From: Eledone cirrhosa
Taxonomy: Eukaryota
Assembly: GCA_964016885.1 (NCBI GenBank)
Contig: OZ024759.1
Location: forward strand, 2,790,001-2,854,000
Direction: 5' to 3'
Length of the DNA: 64,000 bases
Below are positions 51,488-62,536 of the stretch, one piece after another. The position numbers and the translations under genes are program-made. The notes below the pieces were generated by a model. The model saw only the letters and a program-made list of their open reading frames with translations, did not search any database and was not told the origin of the DNA. Positions within the stretch are counted from its first letter, which is position 1. The number at the start of each line of letters is the position of its first letter.

Positions 51488-54230
51488 CATCATTATCATC
51501 ATCATTTTATGTCCACTTTTCCCCGCTTGCAAGGGTGGGATGGGTCCTATTCAGCACAGTATCTCTCCACTTGTCACGGTCCTTTGTCATCTCCTCCGTG
51601 AGCTTAATCAATCTGAGATCTGCTCTCACCATCTCCGCCCATGTTTTTGTGGTCTTCCTCGACTGTTTCTTCCTTCTACTGGCTTTTCTTGGTACTTCTT
51701 TACCCAGAGGTCATCCTCCATGCGTATCACATGTCCATACCAATGCAGTCTTCTCTCCCGTACACTACAGCCTATCCCTCTTATACACAGTTTCTCTCTC
51801 AACTCGTCTATGCTTTGTTGTTCACGCACATTGACATTACACATCCAACGGAGCATGCTTGCTTCATTTCTCTCCAGCCGTCACATATCCTCCACAGTTG
51901 CTGCCCATGCAGCATCGCGCATCTCACACAGGCATCATATAACCAGCCTTTCATACGCAGGGAGAAACCCTTCTTTGTCAACAGAGGAAGCAGCTCCCTA
52001 AACTTCTTCCAATCCATCCTTATTCTAGATACTATGGCCTCGGAGCACCCTCCCCCCTTACTAATCTGATCACCTAGGTATCAAAAACTATCAACCACCT
52101 CTATAGATCCTACCTGCATTTGAAAAATGTGTCTATCACTGCGACTTCTACTCTCAAATTTCCTTGTACATCTACTGCATACATAGTTTTCCCTACTTGT
52201 TAGTTTGCCTGCTATCTCACTACATCTCTTGTGTACCCAGGATCTGTATTGTTTACATTTTATAGAATTTATGCCAACTCCTTTCCTACTTATTGAACAT
52301 GGCCATTTCTCTGATGGAATCAGAGTTTTGTCCTTTTTCCTACTTATCAACCCTTTAGTCTTAGCTAGGGTCACTCTCAGTCCTCTTGATTCCAACTGCT
52401 GTTTCCATAGCAGAATTTCTTCTCTAGTTCCTCTACTGATTCTGCTATAAGAACCAGATTGTCAACACAGAGAAGTTCCCATGGGCAGCCAGTCATAAAC
52501 TCCTTTGTTATGGCTTGGAGGACTATAATGAACAAGAGTGGGATGAGGACCAAACCCTGATGTACTCCTACTTGTATCTGGAATTCCTCACTAAACTCCA
52601 TTTCTACTCTCACTTTACTGACAGCACCTCTGTACATAGCTTGCAATGTCCTCATAAGCCATTCCTCTACACCTAGTTTCCGTAGGGACCACCAGATGAC
52701 AGATCAGGGTACCCTATCAAAGGCCTTCTCTAGGTCAACAAAAGCTAAGTATAGTGGCTTATTCTTCTCTAAGGACCTCGCTTGTAGTTGTCTCACTAAG
52801 AAGAGGGCATCTGTTGTACTTTTCCCAGGCACAAAACCAGGGTACGCCTTGGTATTTGACACCATTTGTCTGTCTCGTTGCCTAACTAGCAAGAAGTCAA
52901 TCTGGCTTATGTGCTCGCCTGATTTGTAGGTTATTAGGTGGTTGGTAGGCTTCTTGAAGTTAGTGTTGCAAAGGATTAGTTCACTTGCATCACAAAACTC
53001 AAGAAGCCTCACTCCTTCTTTGTTCCTTGAGCTAGAACTATGCCCACCATGTACCTCAGTGTATTCATCCTGGAGCTGTCCAACATGACCATTGAAGTCT
53101 CCTGCTAGCATAATGATGTCTCCGTCCTCTGTCATTGTGGCTGTTTCTAAAAGTTGCTCATAAAAGCAGTCTTTCTCTTCTTTACCTAGGCCTGCTTGGG
53201 GAGCATAGGCAGAGATGATTGTCAGTATTCTCCTGCCTACAACTAATCTAATCTTAATTATTCTATTACTGAGTCTAACTACTTCTATTGTCTTATTGAT
53301 CCACCTCTCAGCCAGTAAAATGCGCACCCCACCTAACCCATCATCCTTACCTACCCAGAAAAGCTTATAACTAAGATGTTTGCCTATGATTAGTCTCGCA
53401 GAGGCACCTCTCCATCTCACCTCTTGCACGCAGCACACATCCACATGTCTTCTCTCCAGCATCTTCACTATCTCACCAGATCTACCTGTGAGAGTGCCAA
53501 CATTAAGTGTAACAACCCTGAGATGTGACACATCCACCTGTCTTCTCTCCAGCATCTCCACTATCTCACCAGATCTACCTGTAAGAGTGCCAACATTAAG
53601 TGTGACAACTCTGAGATGTGACACATCCACCTGTCTTCTCTCCAGCATCTCCACTATCTCACCAGATCTACCTGTGAGAGTGCCAACATTAAGTGTGGCA
53701 ACTCTGAGATGCGACGTCTTCATATTCTTGTTCTTGTTCCTGTTGTGCAATTGCTTGAAGACAGTCGGAGAGTTCTTGCACATGGCCGCACCAGCCACCC
53801 CACTACCGTGCTCAGCCCTAACATGGTTAGTGTTATTGCTGTTTACGCAGTTATTGCGATATTTATTTGTTGTTGTCCTCATAATTGTTATGGCATTGAT
53901 ACACTGGTTGGATGCCCTTCCTAACACCAGCTCCACTTTACAGCATGGACCGGGTGCTTTTATTTGTGCCACCAGCACTCGGGAAGTCATCTTACTGGAC
54001 TTAGCGGGCTTCTCAACCTCACACCAATTTATTCGGAGCGGTAGCTCTCCTAGACAGGTTGCCTACACTATGGCTTACGGAGCTTCTGACTGCCCCTGTG
54101 TCTGCTCTGAGCGGAACTGGGTTTAAGGTGCTATATGCACGAGGGAGTTGTTAGTGTACAGTGTCAGGCAAGTAAACCGGATGTGGTGGAGGTGGGGTGG
54201 GAAAGGAAATGGCAATCTCCTAACACAGCT
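51488..54230 (-). mobile_element. RTE LINE with 5' UTR and endonuclease, a large in-frame internal deletion, a 3 x 93-bp duplication and a degenerate RT
   Basis: ORF 52704-53990 has TLNVGTL, CVQEVRW, AYAPQ, GDFNGH and QIDFLL, then jumps to FVPGKSTTDALF. YADD has decayed to CVDN. GAT tail at about 51488-51505. Confidence 0.9.
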
Positions 54231-54356
54231 TTTTATCATATAAAAATATACATTGCCACCCTATACAAGAAATTACGTATATATACACGCACACACATAC
54301 ATACTTATAGATACACCTATATACAGCTATATATAATCATACGCATCACCATATAT

Positions 54357-54478
54357 ATATGTGAGGTAAAGCCTTTACTGTGAAAATACAATAGTATATA
54401 TAGAGTAATGTAAATGTTATGTGAGGTATTATGTGAAGTAAAGCCTTTACTGTGAAAATACAATAGTATATATAGAGT
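54357..54478. repeat. 72-bp tandem repeat, left part (about 1.7 units)
   Basis: Same unit as at 60062-60989. Confidence 0.9.
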
Positions 54479-54658
54479 GATTTCTTTATTTGCCACCAGG
54501 GCACAAAAGGTAGGGACAGATACAAGGGGTGAAGTTTACATATAATTAACGAGTACAAAAATATAACAATGAAATAACAACAACAAACGAAGTCCTCAAT
54601 AGGGAGGGGGCATTAACATGGGTCGCACACACACCCCGGAAAAAATGTGCAACCCTTC

Positions 54659-57600
54659 TCAGGAGCACAAAGAGTAGGTGCTTCCCTCGTCTCCTCTTTT
54701 TCCTCTTCTTTCACCTACAGGCTGATATAGAGAGAAGACCCATTCACTCTGGCCATTCTCCCTACTTTCACCCACCATCTCATAAAACTTGCTGGGGTAG
54801 AGCACCTCTCTCTCCATTCTGATCCTTCTTTTAAAATGGTATTTGAAAAAGGGGACCAGTTGTTGGCCGGAGAGAAAGGTGTCTGACCTCAGCCCTTTCA
54901 GCCTCGTCCACCATACAACTTCTTTAGCCATGGCTATCACACAGAGAAAAACCGCCTCTCCTTCGTTTTAAAAGGGGGGGGGGGGCGGTTTGATCGTGAC
55001 AATGGACTCGGTGGTCAACCGGATTGGTGCTACCCTCGACAGTAGTCATTCCACATAGCCCCACAGGTCAGCAATGCCTGGGCAGTGTACGAATGCGTGC
55101 GCAACGGTTTCGTCGTCATGCACGCATCTCGGACAGATCTTATTCAAAGGATCCCTACCCAGGCTCCCATGCATGTGGAGCTTGTCTCGAACGGGTAGAG
55201 CCCCTCGGTAGCACTGCCAAGCCAGGGACTTTTGGAAGTTGTCCATCGGTCCAGGGCCAAACGTCCTACCGAACAGACTGGCCAGTTCATCTTCCTCCAT
55301 GCCTAGTGCTTCTCCGAGAGCATTGTCGCACCTGCTGCGTACCAACCCTCTATAGAATGTCGAGGTGGAGTCTCCACTGATTGCCGGGTGCGCTTTCCAG
55401 AGGGCCGTGAGCGCCTGGGCACATTCAATGTGCCAGTCGCCCACTTTTCTCGGTCTTTGCTTGACCCAGGATTGCAGCTCGGTGAGCGAGACGAGTCTGG
55501 GAAAGGCTCACCTCACAAACGGGGCCCACACCGGTTGACCGGTGAGGAATACCTGGAGGTGCCGTAGCCTTAATGCGTGTTTACGCATCTGTAGCCACGG
55601 CATCCCCAGCCCTCCTTTCGAAGGGTGTTGACAGCAGATGGATCTCCTCACCAAAGGGGTCCGCTTGTTCCAAAGAAATTGGAACAGCGCGCACTCCATT
55701 TTGGCGAGTCTTTTCACTGGGCAAGGCACGACGGTCAAGCGGTAGTAGATGACGGATGCTATATAAGTATTCGCCACCTCCGCTCGACCTTTCAGGGATA
55801 GTTTGCACTGGGCCCACTTCTGGGTGAGTGCAAACACCCTGGCCGTTACCTCGTTCCAGTTTTTCTCTACCTGGAGGTCTGGTCCGAACCAGACCCCAAG
55901 CAGCTTCACCGGGCCCTCCGTCCAGCGTCCGACGACGTCGTTGGAGGGCATCGGTTTGCCTCTCCATGTTCCGAGTTGCAAACCGACGGACTTATCCCGG
56001 TTCAGCTTGGCTCCTGTAAACCTTTCATATTCCTCCAGTAAGGTGCCGATCTCACCGATTTGCGAGATTTTCGACACCATTACTGTCACGTCATCGGCGT
56101 AGGCCGACGCCGCTTTCTGCAATCCCGGTTCCAAAGGGATTCCCTGCAACCGCTCCAACTTCTGTAGTAGTGGCTCAAGACCCAGCACATACAGAAGGGA
56201 GGAGAGAGGGCATCCCTGTCGGATGGATCGCATGATTTGGAACGGCTCCGAGAGGTGGCCGTTCACCTTGACCCTTGAGCAATCCAACCCCTGAAAACGG
56301 GTCCGAAGCCTGCCGCCGCGAGCACCGCATCCAGGTAACGATGGTCAACCCTATCGAAAGCTTTAGATTGATCCAAGTTGATCAGGGCCCCACCAAAGCC
56401 GGGTTCATTCCCTACCCTCTCTATGATGTATCGCATAAGATTGTCGTGAATGGACCTGGATGGGATTGCGCATGTCTGCGCTTCTCCCACCAGGTTTCCG
56501 ACGACAAGCGCCAACCTCTTCGCTAACACCTTGGCCAAAATCTTTAACTCTGTATTTAGCAGAGTTATGGGCCTGAAGTTACTTATGTCATCCCCCTTGT
56601 TCTCATCCTTCCTCACCAGCGTAACTACGCCCTTGGTCACAGAACTGGGAATTCTCTCATTCTGCTACCAGTTGCAGTAGACCGCTTCGAGGATATCAGA
56701 AAACAAGTCCGGCATCGCTACATATAGCTCGTAGGGTAGACCATCGAGACCCGGGATTTGCGTTTGCCGCATTGGCTCAGCGCCGCCCCTATCTCAGCAG
56801 CTGAAATCGGCCTTTCGCAGGACTTAGCCTCCGCGTCCGAGAGGCGCGGCAGACCGTCGAGGTATGGATTGAAATTCATAGTCTCACCCAGCGCGCCGCC
56901 CCTCTCGAACAGTCGTGCAAAGTGCCGCTGAAAGGCCGCACACATCTGCCCAGGTTCAAGGATCACACGCCCATCCTGGTCCTTCAAAGACCGAATCGTG
57001 GACTTGTTCCCACTTTTTGCCTCTGTCACTCGGGCCCAGCTAACAGCTTTGGCTCCCTCATTACCCAGATCACGTATTTTACTCCTGACAACGCAGCCTT
57101 CATGCTTCACCTCAAAGAACTGGTCTAAGGCCATTCTTGATGCCAGCACGCTGGCTACATTGCCACGCCTAATCGCCTCTTCTACTCTATCTACGAATTC
57201 CCTTTCCGTCTTGTTCCTATCCCTTGCTAATTCCTGACTAAAACCTATCGATTCTATTCTAATTGCTCTCTTAAGAGAGCTCCACCACCTGTTGTAAACA
57301 ATTGCCCCTGTCAAACTCTGCTTAACTAACGTGCTAATCCGTTTACTGTAAGCTTTGCTTGTCGGTAAGGACAAGTTCAGCTTCCAATAACTGGGTCCCT
57401 GTCTATGGGTTCTATCAAGGTTGGCTATGCAGGTCACTAACTTGTGATCCGAATAGTCAACTATGAACATTTTTGGACAGCTAAATGTGTCCCTATCCTT
57501 CTCTCTAACTAGGACCCTATCTAGGTACGACCTAGATGTTCCACTGCGATTGGTCCACGTCCATAGTGGTACAGTCGGAAAATCTAGTCGATATCTATCG

Positions 57601-58123
57601 GCCAGGTCAAATCGGCCGATTAACCTTTTGAGGCTTTTACACCCCCCTCTATTGGCACATGCCCCTACATAGTCCCAACGTGCATCCAGGATACCATTCC
57701 AGTCCCCCACTAAAAGCAAGGAGCGGGACGTTCCCAGAAAAGTTTCCAGACGGAAGTATTTCGGCCGCGCTGCCCAAAAAGGGGCGTACACAGCAATTAG
57801 TCTAAGGGCTCCACTTTCACTACTGCCGACGTCTAAAACCACCAGTCGACCCTCCGGGTCCAGGTGCACCTTCTGTATGGCGAGGCCCAGGTGTTTTCGC
57901 AGCAGAACGACAACCCCCCCCCCCCCCCCCCCGGTTGACAGAGAGATGCGAAGATCTCAAAGTCGTCGAAGAGGGGCGCCAGTTGGTGCTCGCTGCTGAT
58001 CCTGGACTCGCAAATAGCCATTACATCCATTCTATGCGACCTGAGATCGTTTAAAAGTTTGCCTTGTTTCCAAGACAGTCCCAGGCCGCGTACATTCAGA
58101 CACCCAACTCTTATATCAGCCAT
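54659..58123 (-). pseudogene. Tx1-like ORF2 (APE endonuclease, RT, C-terminal CCHC), frameshifted
   Basis: MADIRVGCLNVRGL, VYAP, GDWN, SYLDR, YSDHK, WKLN, NFRPITLLN, DQSKAFDRVDH, RQGCPLS, AYADD, LLGVWF, GGLGMP and CPRC..ETVAHAFVHC, spread over several frames. Confidence 0.9.
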
Positions 58124-58144
58124 GTTGGTTAAAAGAGGAAGGAC

Positions 58145-59909
58145 CTACCTGTTCGGCTCCTGAGGAGCAGGTTGCACAATATCCATGGGTGTATTGGAGG
58201 GGTTGTTTGGTGGGGTGGGGGTGTTTGGTGAGGTGTGGGCGGGGAAACGTTTCAAGAGGACGCGGTTATAGGGTCGAGTACATGTTTTCCCCACGTCCTC
58301 AGGAAAGTTCTCTCTTAGTTTTGCATAGGTGTCCATTGGGAGTCTTATCATTTTTAAATGCGGTTTGTTGGCCGCGCTTGCAAAGAATTGCCCTTCAGTT
58401 TCCACCGAAGGGTCTTTGTGTATTGTTTTTACTAGTTCTTTGTTATTTGTGTTAATGTATGTATACTGTTTTATTTGTGTTGTGTTTGTTTGTTGTTCTT
58501 GTGTGTGCTTACGTTTTGTTGTATGTGTTATGTTTTGGGGTGGGGAGGATTTTGTTTGTTCTGTTTGTTTTGTTTTTGTTGGTTGTTGTGTGTTTGTTTC
58601 GTTTATGTTCGAGTGGTGCTTTCTTTTTTTCCTTTTTACAGGTTGGAAGGGTCCCCCCTCTTCGTCACTAGGTGTCGTTTCAGCTGGGTCCTCGTCCGTG
58701 CTGTCGGGTAGTGGTGTATTTTGGGGTTTTGTTGTGTTTGTGTGTGTTTTTGGAGTTGTTTTGGGTGGGGCCGTGTCTTGTGTTATTTTTCCGTGTTGTT
58801 TTTGTTGTTGTTGTGGTGGTGGTAGTGGTGGTGGTGGCGGTGGTGGTGTGTGGGGTGTAGGCAAAAGAGCCTTTTTTTTGCCAATTGAGGACAGGCAGCC
58901 CTTAGATGACCCCTGCTTGAACAGTAGTAACATATGGGCCTCCTACCCTCGGCTGAAATGTATATAAATGTTTCTCCATCGAGGGACACCCTCTGTGGTA
59001 TTCTAGCTATTCGTTCTGGTCTCATTTGGACCAGAACCTCCACGCTCAAACCGCCGAAAACGTCTGTGGTGACTTCTCCTACTGAGAGGATTCCGTCCTC
59101 GTCTTCTAAAAATCCTATTAGTACCCAGGAAATGCATGCATTTGGCCGGATTCCGGAGACTCTTATTTTCTGCGTTCTTTTCCCTAAATATGTGTGGAAA
59201 AATGTGTATAGCTTGGAAACAATTGGCGCCACAGAGTATTTCCTGGCCGTCAATTGATTCTTCATTAGCACCGTTATATTCCCATAGAGTGGCCCTTTTT
59301 GTATGAACGATATATCACTCCACACATTTTTCAGGACCAGCTCAATTTCTTTTTGGGATAATTGAGCTGGTTTCCTTGTTATGTTGGAAATTGTTCTGAA
59401 AGATATCGTTCTTAGTGTCGTGTCTCTTTTGATTTCTTGTGGGGAGGTGATTGTGAAGTCTCCTCCTTCTTTGAAAGTTACATACTGTTTTGCTTGCTTC
59501 ATCTTTTCTCTCAGAGTTGTAATGTCCAGTTGCTTGCAGGTTTGTGTTTTCCGGACCGCCTGTGCAAAGGAGGCACCAGTAGTGGGTTCGCTTTGTTTGG
59601 TGTCATCGTTAATTTTTCCTTGGTTGGTGTTGTGACTCTTGCTGTTATTGTCATTGTTGTTTTTGTCGGCGTTTATGTGACTTTCTGGGTTTCACCCATT
59701 TTTACAAATTTTTCTTTTAATTCCGTGTTCCATGTTTCTTTTGCAGAAATGAGGAGGGAAGACTTGGAGCCTTGTGCTTCTAGCTTCTCTGTATCACCTT
59801 TCTTAGGGGACGTGGCTTTCTCGTTAGGATGAGATGTGAAAATTCCGTCCATTTCTATCAGTTTGCCGTATAAATTTTTAACTGGAAAATTCGCCCCAAA
59901 AAGGGGCAA
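58145..59909 (-). pseudogene. Tx1-like ORF1 (gag-like, CCHC knuckle, P/T/Q/K-rich tail), frameshifted
   Basis: CYYCSSRGHLRAAC. Split into ORFs 59673-59909, 58783-59502 and 58145-58933. Homologous to 62537-63663. Confidence 0.82.
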
Positions 59910-60061
59910 AAATAAATAAACTCAAAGTTTGACGACCAAGGCAAGGGGTTAACGTATATTACAGTATAAAAAAATTAATCAAAACTCACTTTTGAGTAAG
60001 TAAATCCAACTCGGTAGCCGAACTTGTTCACACACACGTCAACACACGTCTCTCATATACG

Positions 60062-60989
60062 AGATGTTATGTGAGATATTATGTGAGGTAAAGCCTTTAC
60101 TGTGAAAATACAATAGTATATATAGAGTAATGTAAATGTTATGTGAGATATTATGTGAGGTAAAACCTTTACTGTGAAAATACAATAGTATATATAGAGT
60201 AATGTAAATGTTATGTGAGATATTATGTGAGGTAAAGCCTTTACTGTGAAAATACAATAGTATATATAGAGTAATGTAAATGTTATGTGAGGTATTATGT
60301 GAAGCAAAGCCTTTACTGTGAAAATACAATAGTATATATATAGTAATGTAAATGTTATGTGAGGCATTATGTGAGGTAAAGCCTTTACTGTGAAAATACA
60401 ATAGTATATATAGAGTAATGTAAATGATATGTGAGGTATTATGTGAGGTTAAGCCTTTACTGTGAAAATACAATAGTATATATAGAGTAATGTAAATGAT
60501 ATGTGAGGTATTATGTGAGGTAAAGCCTTTACTGTGAAAATACAATAGTATATATAGAGTAATGTAAATGATATGTGAGGTATTATGTGAGGTAAAGCCT
60601 TTACTGTGAAAATACAATAATATATATAGAGTAATGTAAATGATATGTGAGGTATTATGTGAGGTTAAGCCTTTACTGTGAAAATACAATAATATATATA
60701 GAGTAATGTAAATGTTATGTGAGGTATTATGTGAGGTAAAGCCTTTACTGTGAAAATACAATAGTATATATAGAGTAATGTAAATGATATGTGAGGTATT
60801 ATGTGAGGTAAAGCCTTTACTGTGAAAATACAATAATATATAGAGAGTAATGTAAATGTTATGTGAGATATTATGTGAGGTAAAGACTTTACTGTGAAAT
60901 ACAATAGTATATATAGAGTAATGTGAATGCTTTGTGAGGTAAAGCCTTTACTGTGAAAATACAATAGTATATATAGAGTAATGTAAATG
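60062..60989. repeat. 72-bp tandem repeat, about 13 units, running directly into the right TIR of the piggyBac-like MITE
   Basis: Unit GTGAGGTATTATGTGAGGTAAAGCCTTTACTGTGAAAATACAATAGTATATATAGAGTAATGTAAATGTTAT. Confidence 0.97.
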
Positions 60990-61252
60990 CTAAGGGGTTA
61001 AACAGTTTTTAATGAAAGTTGATTAATTTTCTTCAAATACTTTTGAATAAACATGCTCTGCTTATTTCCTTGATGCCTCACTAACTTTTTCCCAGCTCTA
61101 ACCTAACTCTTCTCACAACATTTGTTTTGTATGATATAAACTTTGAGTTATCACCTCGGTCTGTGGCTGGCAATTACAATCTATAAGTCAGACTATACTC
61201 TCCTTTGAGATTTCATTGTATAGTTCAACTTTTCATATATATATATATATAA

Positions 61253-61318
61253 CACCATTTCCGAAAACAATTTGTTTCACCTCAAATGGATCATCAGCTG
61301 GTTTAAATGGAAATGGTG
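61253..61318 (-). ncRNA. Type I hammerhead motif inside a roughly 157-bp island (61251-61407) between two (TA)n tracts
   Basis: Minus strand reads CACCATTTCC-atttaaacc-AG-CTGATGA-tCC atttga GGt-GAAA-CAA a TTG-TT-TTc-GGAAATGGTG: intact core, 10-bp distal stem I, weak stem II. Confidence 0.68.
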
Positions 61319-61510
61319 AACTTACTGTTGTAGAACTACTTCTACCAAACTCGTCCCATGGACTGAGTCCTCTACTACTATGGATATAACCCTCCAGTGT
61401 TCTACTATTATATATATATATATATACATAACTTAGATATACACAGCCATACAACAGCCTTATTCTTATATATATAACCTAGATGTACACAGCCTTATTC
61501 TTATATTATA

Positions 61511-62315
61511 CTAGCAGCAGTACCCAGCGTTGCCTGGGTAGGTAAAATAATATCTGCTTTGATGAAAAGGTGTTGATCTTAGCGATGCTTCTCGATGACT
61601 CATCTATGGCCACACACAGGCCATGTGGGAGAGAGTGGTGATGACCTCTATCACTGGCAGATGCAGGTGAATGACGAATGGGCATGCTGGGGAAGGGAGT
61701 TTCGAATTTGAACGAAATCGGTTGAAAAATGTGGGAGCTAGAGTCGAAAAGGCAGAAATTTGAGTAAAAAGGTGGTATTTTCGAATATTTAAGCGGCTGC
61801 CATGTCGTTCCTGAACAAAAAATCTAAAATCTAAAGCCACTTTAAGACGTGCAATAATCAGATCTAGCGTAGTGTAAAATTTGAACAAAGTAGGTTGATT
61901 AATGTGGGAGATAGAGCCGGAAAAATGGAAATTTGGTCTAAAAGTGGTATTTTTGAATATTTAAGCGGCTGCCACGCCGTCCTTGAACAACAAATACAAA
62001 ATATAAAGCCATTACAGGATGTGCAATGATAAATTCTATTTTGCTTTAAAATTTGAACGAAATCAGTGGCAAAATGTGGGAGCTAGAGGCAAAAATCTTA
62101 TTTTTCAATACCTAAAGAAAGGTGACCCCTCTATCGATTTTTATCTGCAGAATGACCCCGGAATAAAAAAAAAAACGATACGCTGATATATAGCAAACAC
62201 TCCCCGATGACTAATCTATGAGCCTGTAAAGTTTCATGAAAATCGGTTGTAAGATGTAGGCCCCTATAGGTAATACACAGACACACACACACACTTAATT
62301 TTATATATATACAGA
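61511..62315 (-). mobile_element. Non-autonomous Helitron with internal 172-173-bp tandem repeats (about 2.3 units)
   Basis: The minus strand starts A|TC at 62315, has the hairpin TACCCAG-GCAACG-CTGGGTA (61521-61540) and ends CTAG|T at 61511. AATTTGAAC recurs at 61705, 61878 and 62050. Confidence 0.85.
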
Positions 62316-62417
62316 TATAAATTCCACTTTATACAACATATTCAGTGTTAGGTTTCTCTCTCTGTCTCTATGGATTAATTACATCTAGCACCATCTCTCT
62401 CTTGATCTCTCTATTGT

Positions 62418-62423
62418 TCTCTT

Positions 62424-62482
<59 letters not shown>
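62418..62482. repeat. (CT)n microsatellite
   Basis: Seen directly in the sequence. Confidence 0.95.
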
Positions 62483-62493
<11 letters not shown>

Positions 62494-62536
62494 GCCTGTG
62501 TGTGTGTATATATTGCTCCCTCTCTATCTGTCTATC

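Larger units (their letters stand above)
54480..60054 (-). mobile_element. Near full-length Tx1-like (L1 group) LINE, about 5.6 kb
   Basis: 5' UTR, ORF1 with a zinc knuckle, ORF2 with APE, RT and zinc finger, and a 3' end AATAAAGAAAT. The 72-bp array lies on both sides. No clear target-site duplication. Confidence 0.92.
51313..60997. mobile_element. TTAA-flanked piggyBac-like MITE, expanded by a nested RTE, the 72-bp array and a Tx1 LINE
   Basis: TTAA|CCCTTTAGCATTTA ... TAAATGCTAAGGGG|TTAA (TIR matches 13 of 14). The internal ATTATGTGAAATAAAGCCTTTAC at about 51465-51487 resumes as the 72-bp unit after the RTE. Confidence 0.8.
51111..61049. mobile_element. Outer MITE with 52-bp terminal inverted repeats (about 250 bp before the nested insertions)
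   Basis: 51111-51162 is the reverse complement of 60998-61049 at 51 of 52 positions; both ends read TA. Confidence 0.8.

Noticed and set aside
54000-54230. HDV-like ribozyme in the RTE 5' UTR
   Set aside because: Such ribozymes are known in RTE 5' UTRs, but I could not assemble a convincing nested double pseudoknot by eye. It needs a descriptor search.
58189-59832. Plus-strand Cys/Val/Phe-rich ORFs here, and other antisense ORFs over the LINEs
   Set aside because: These are shadow frames of the compositionally biased retroelement ORFs on the opposite strand.
60039-60964. 24-aa repeat ORFs (YFHSKGFTSHN...)
   Set aside because: These are translations of the 72-bp array.
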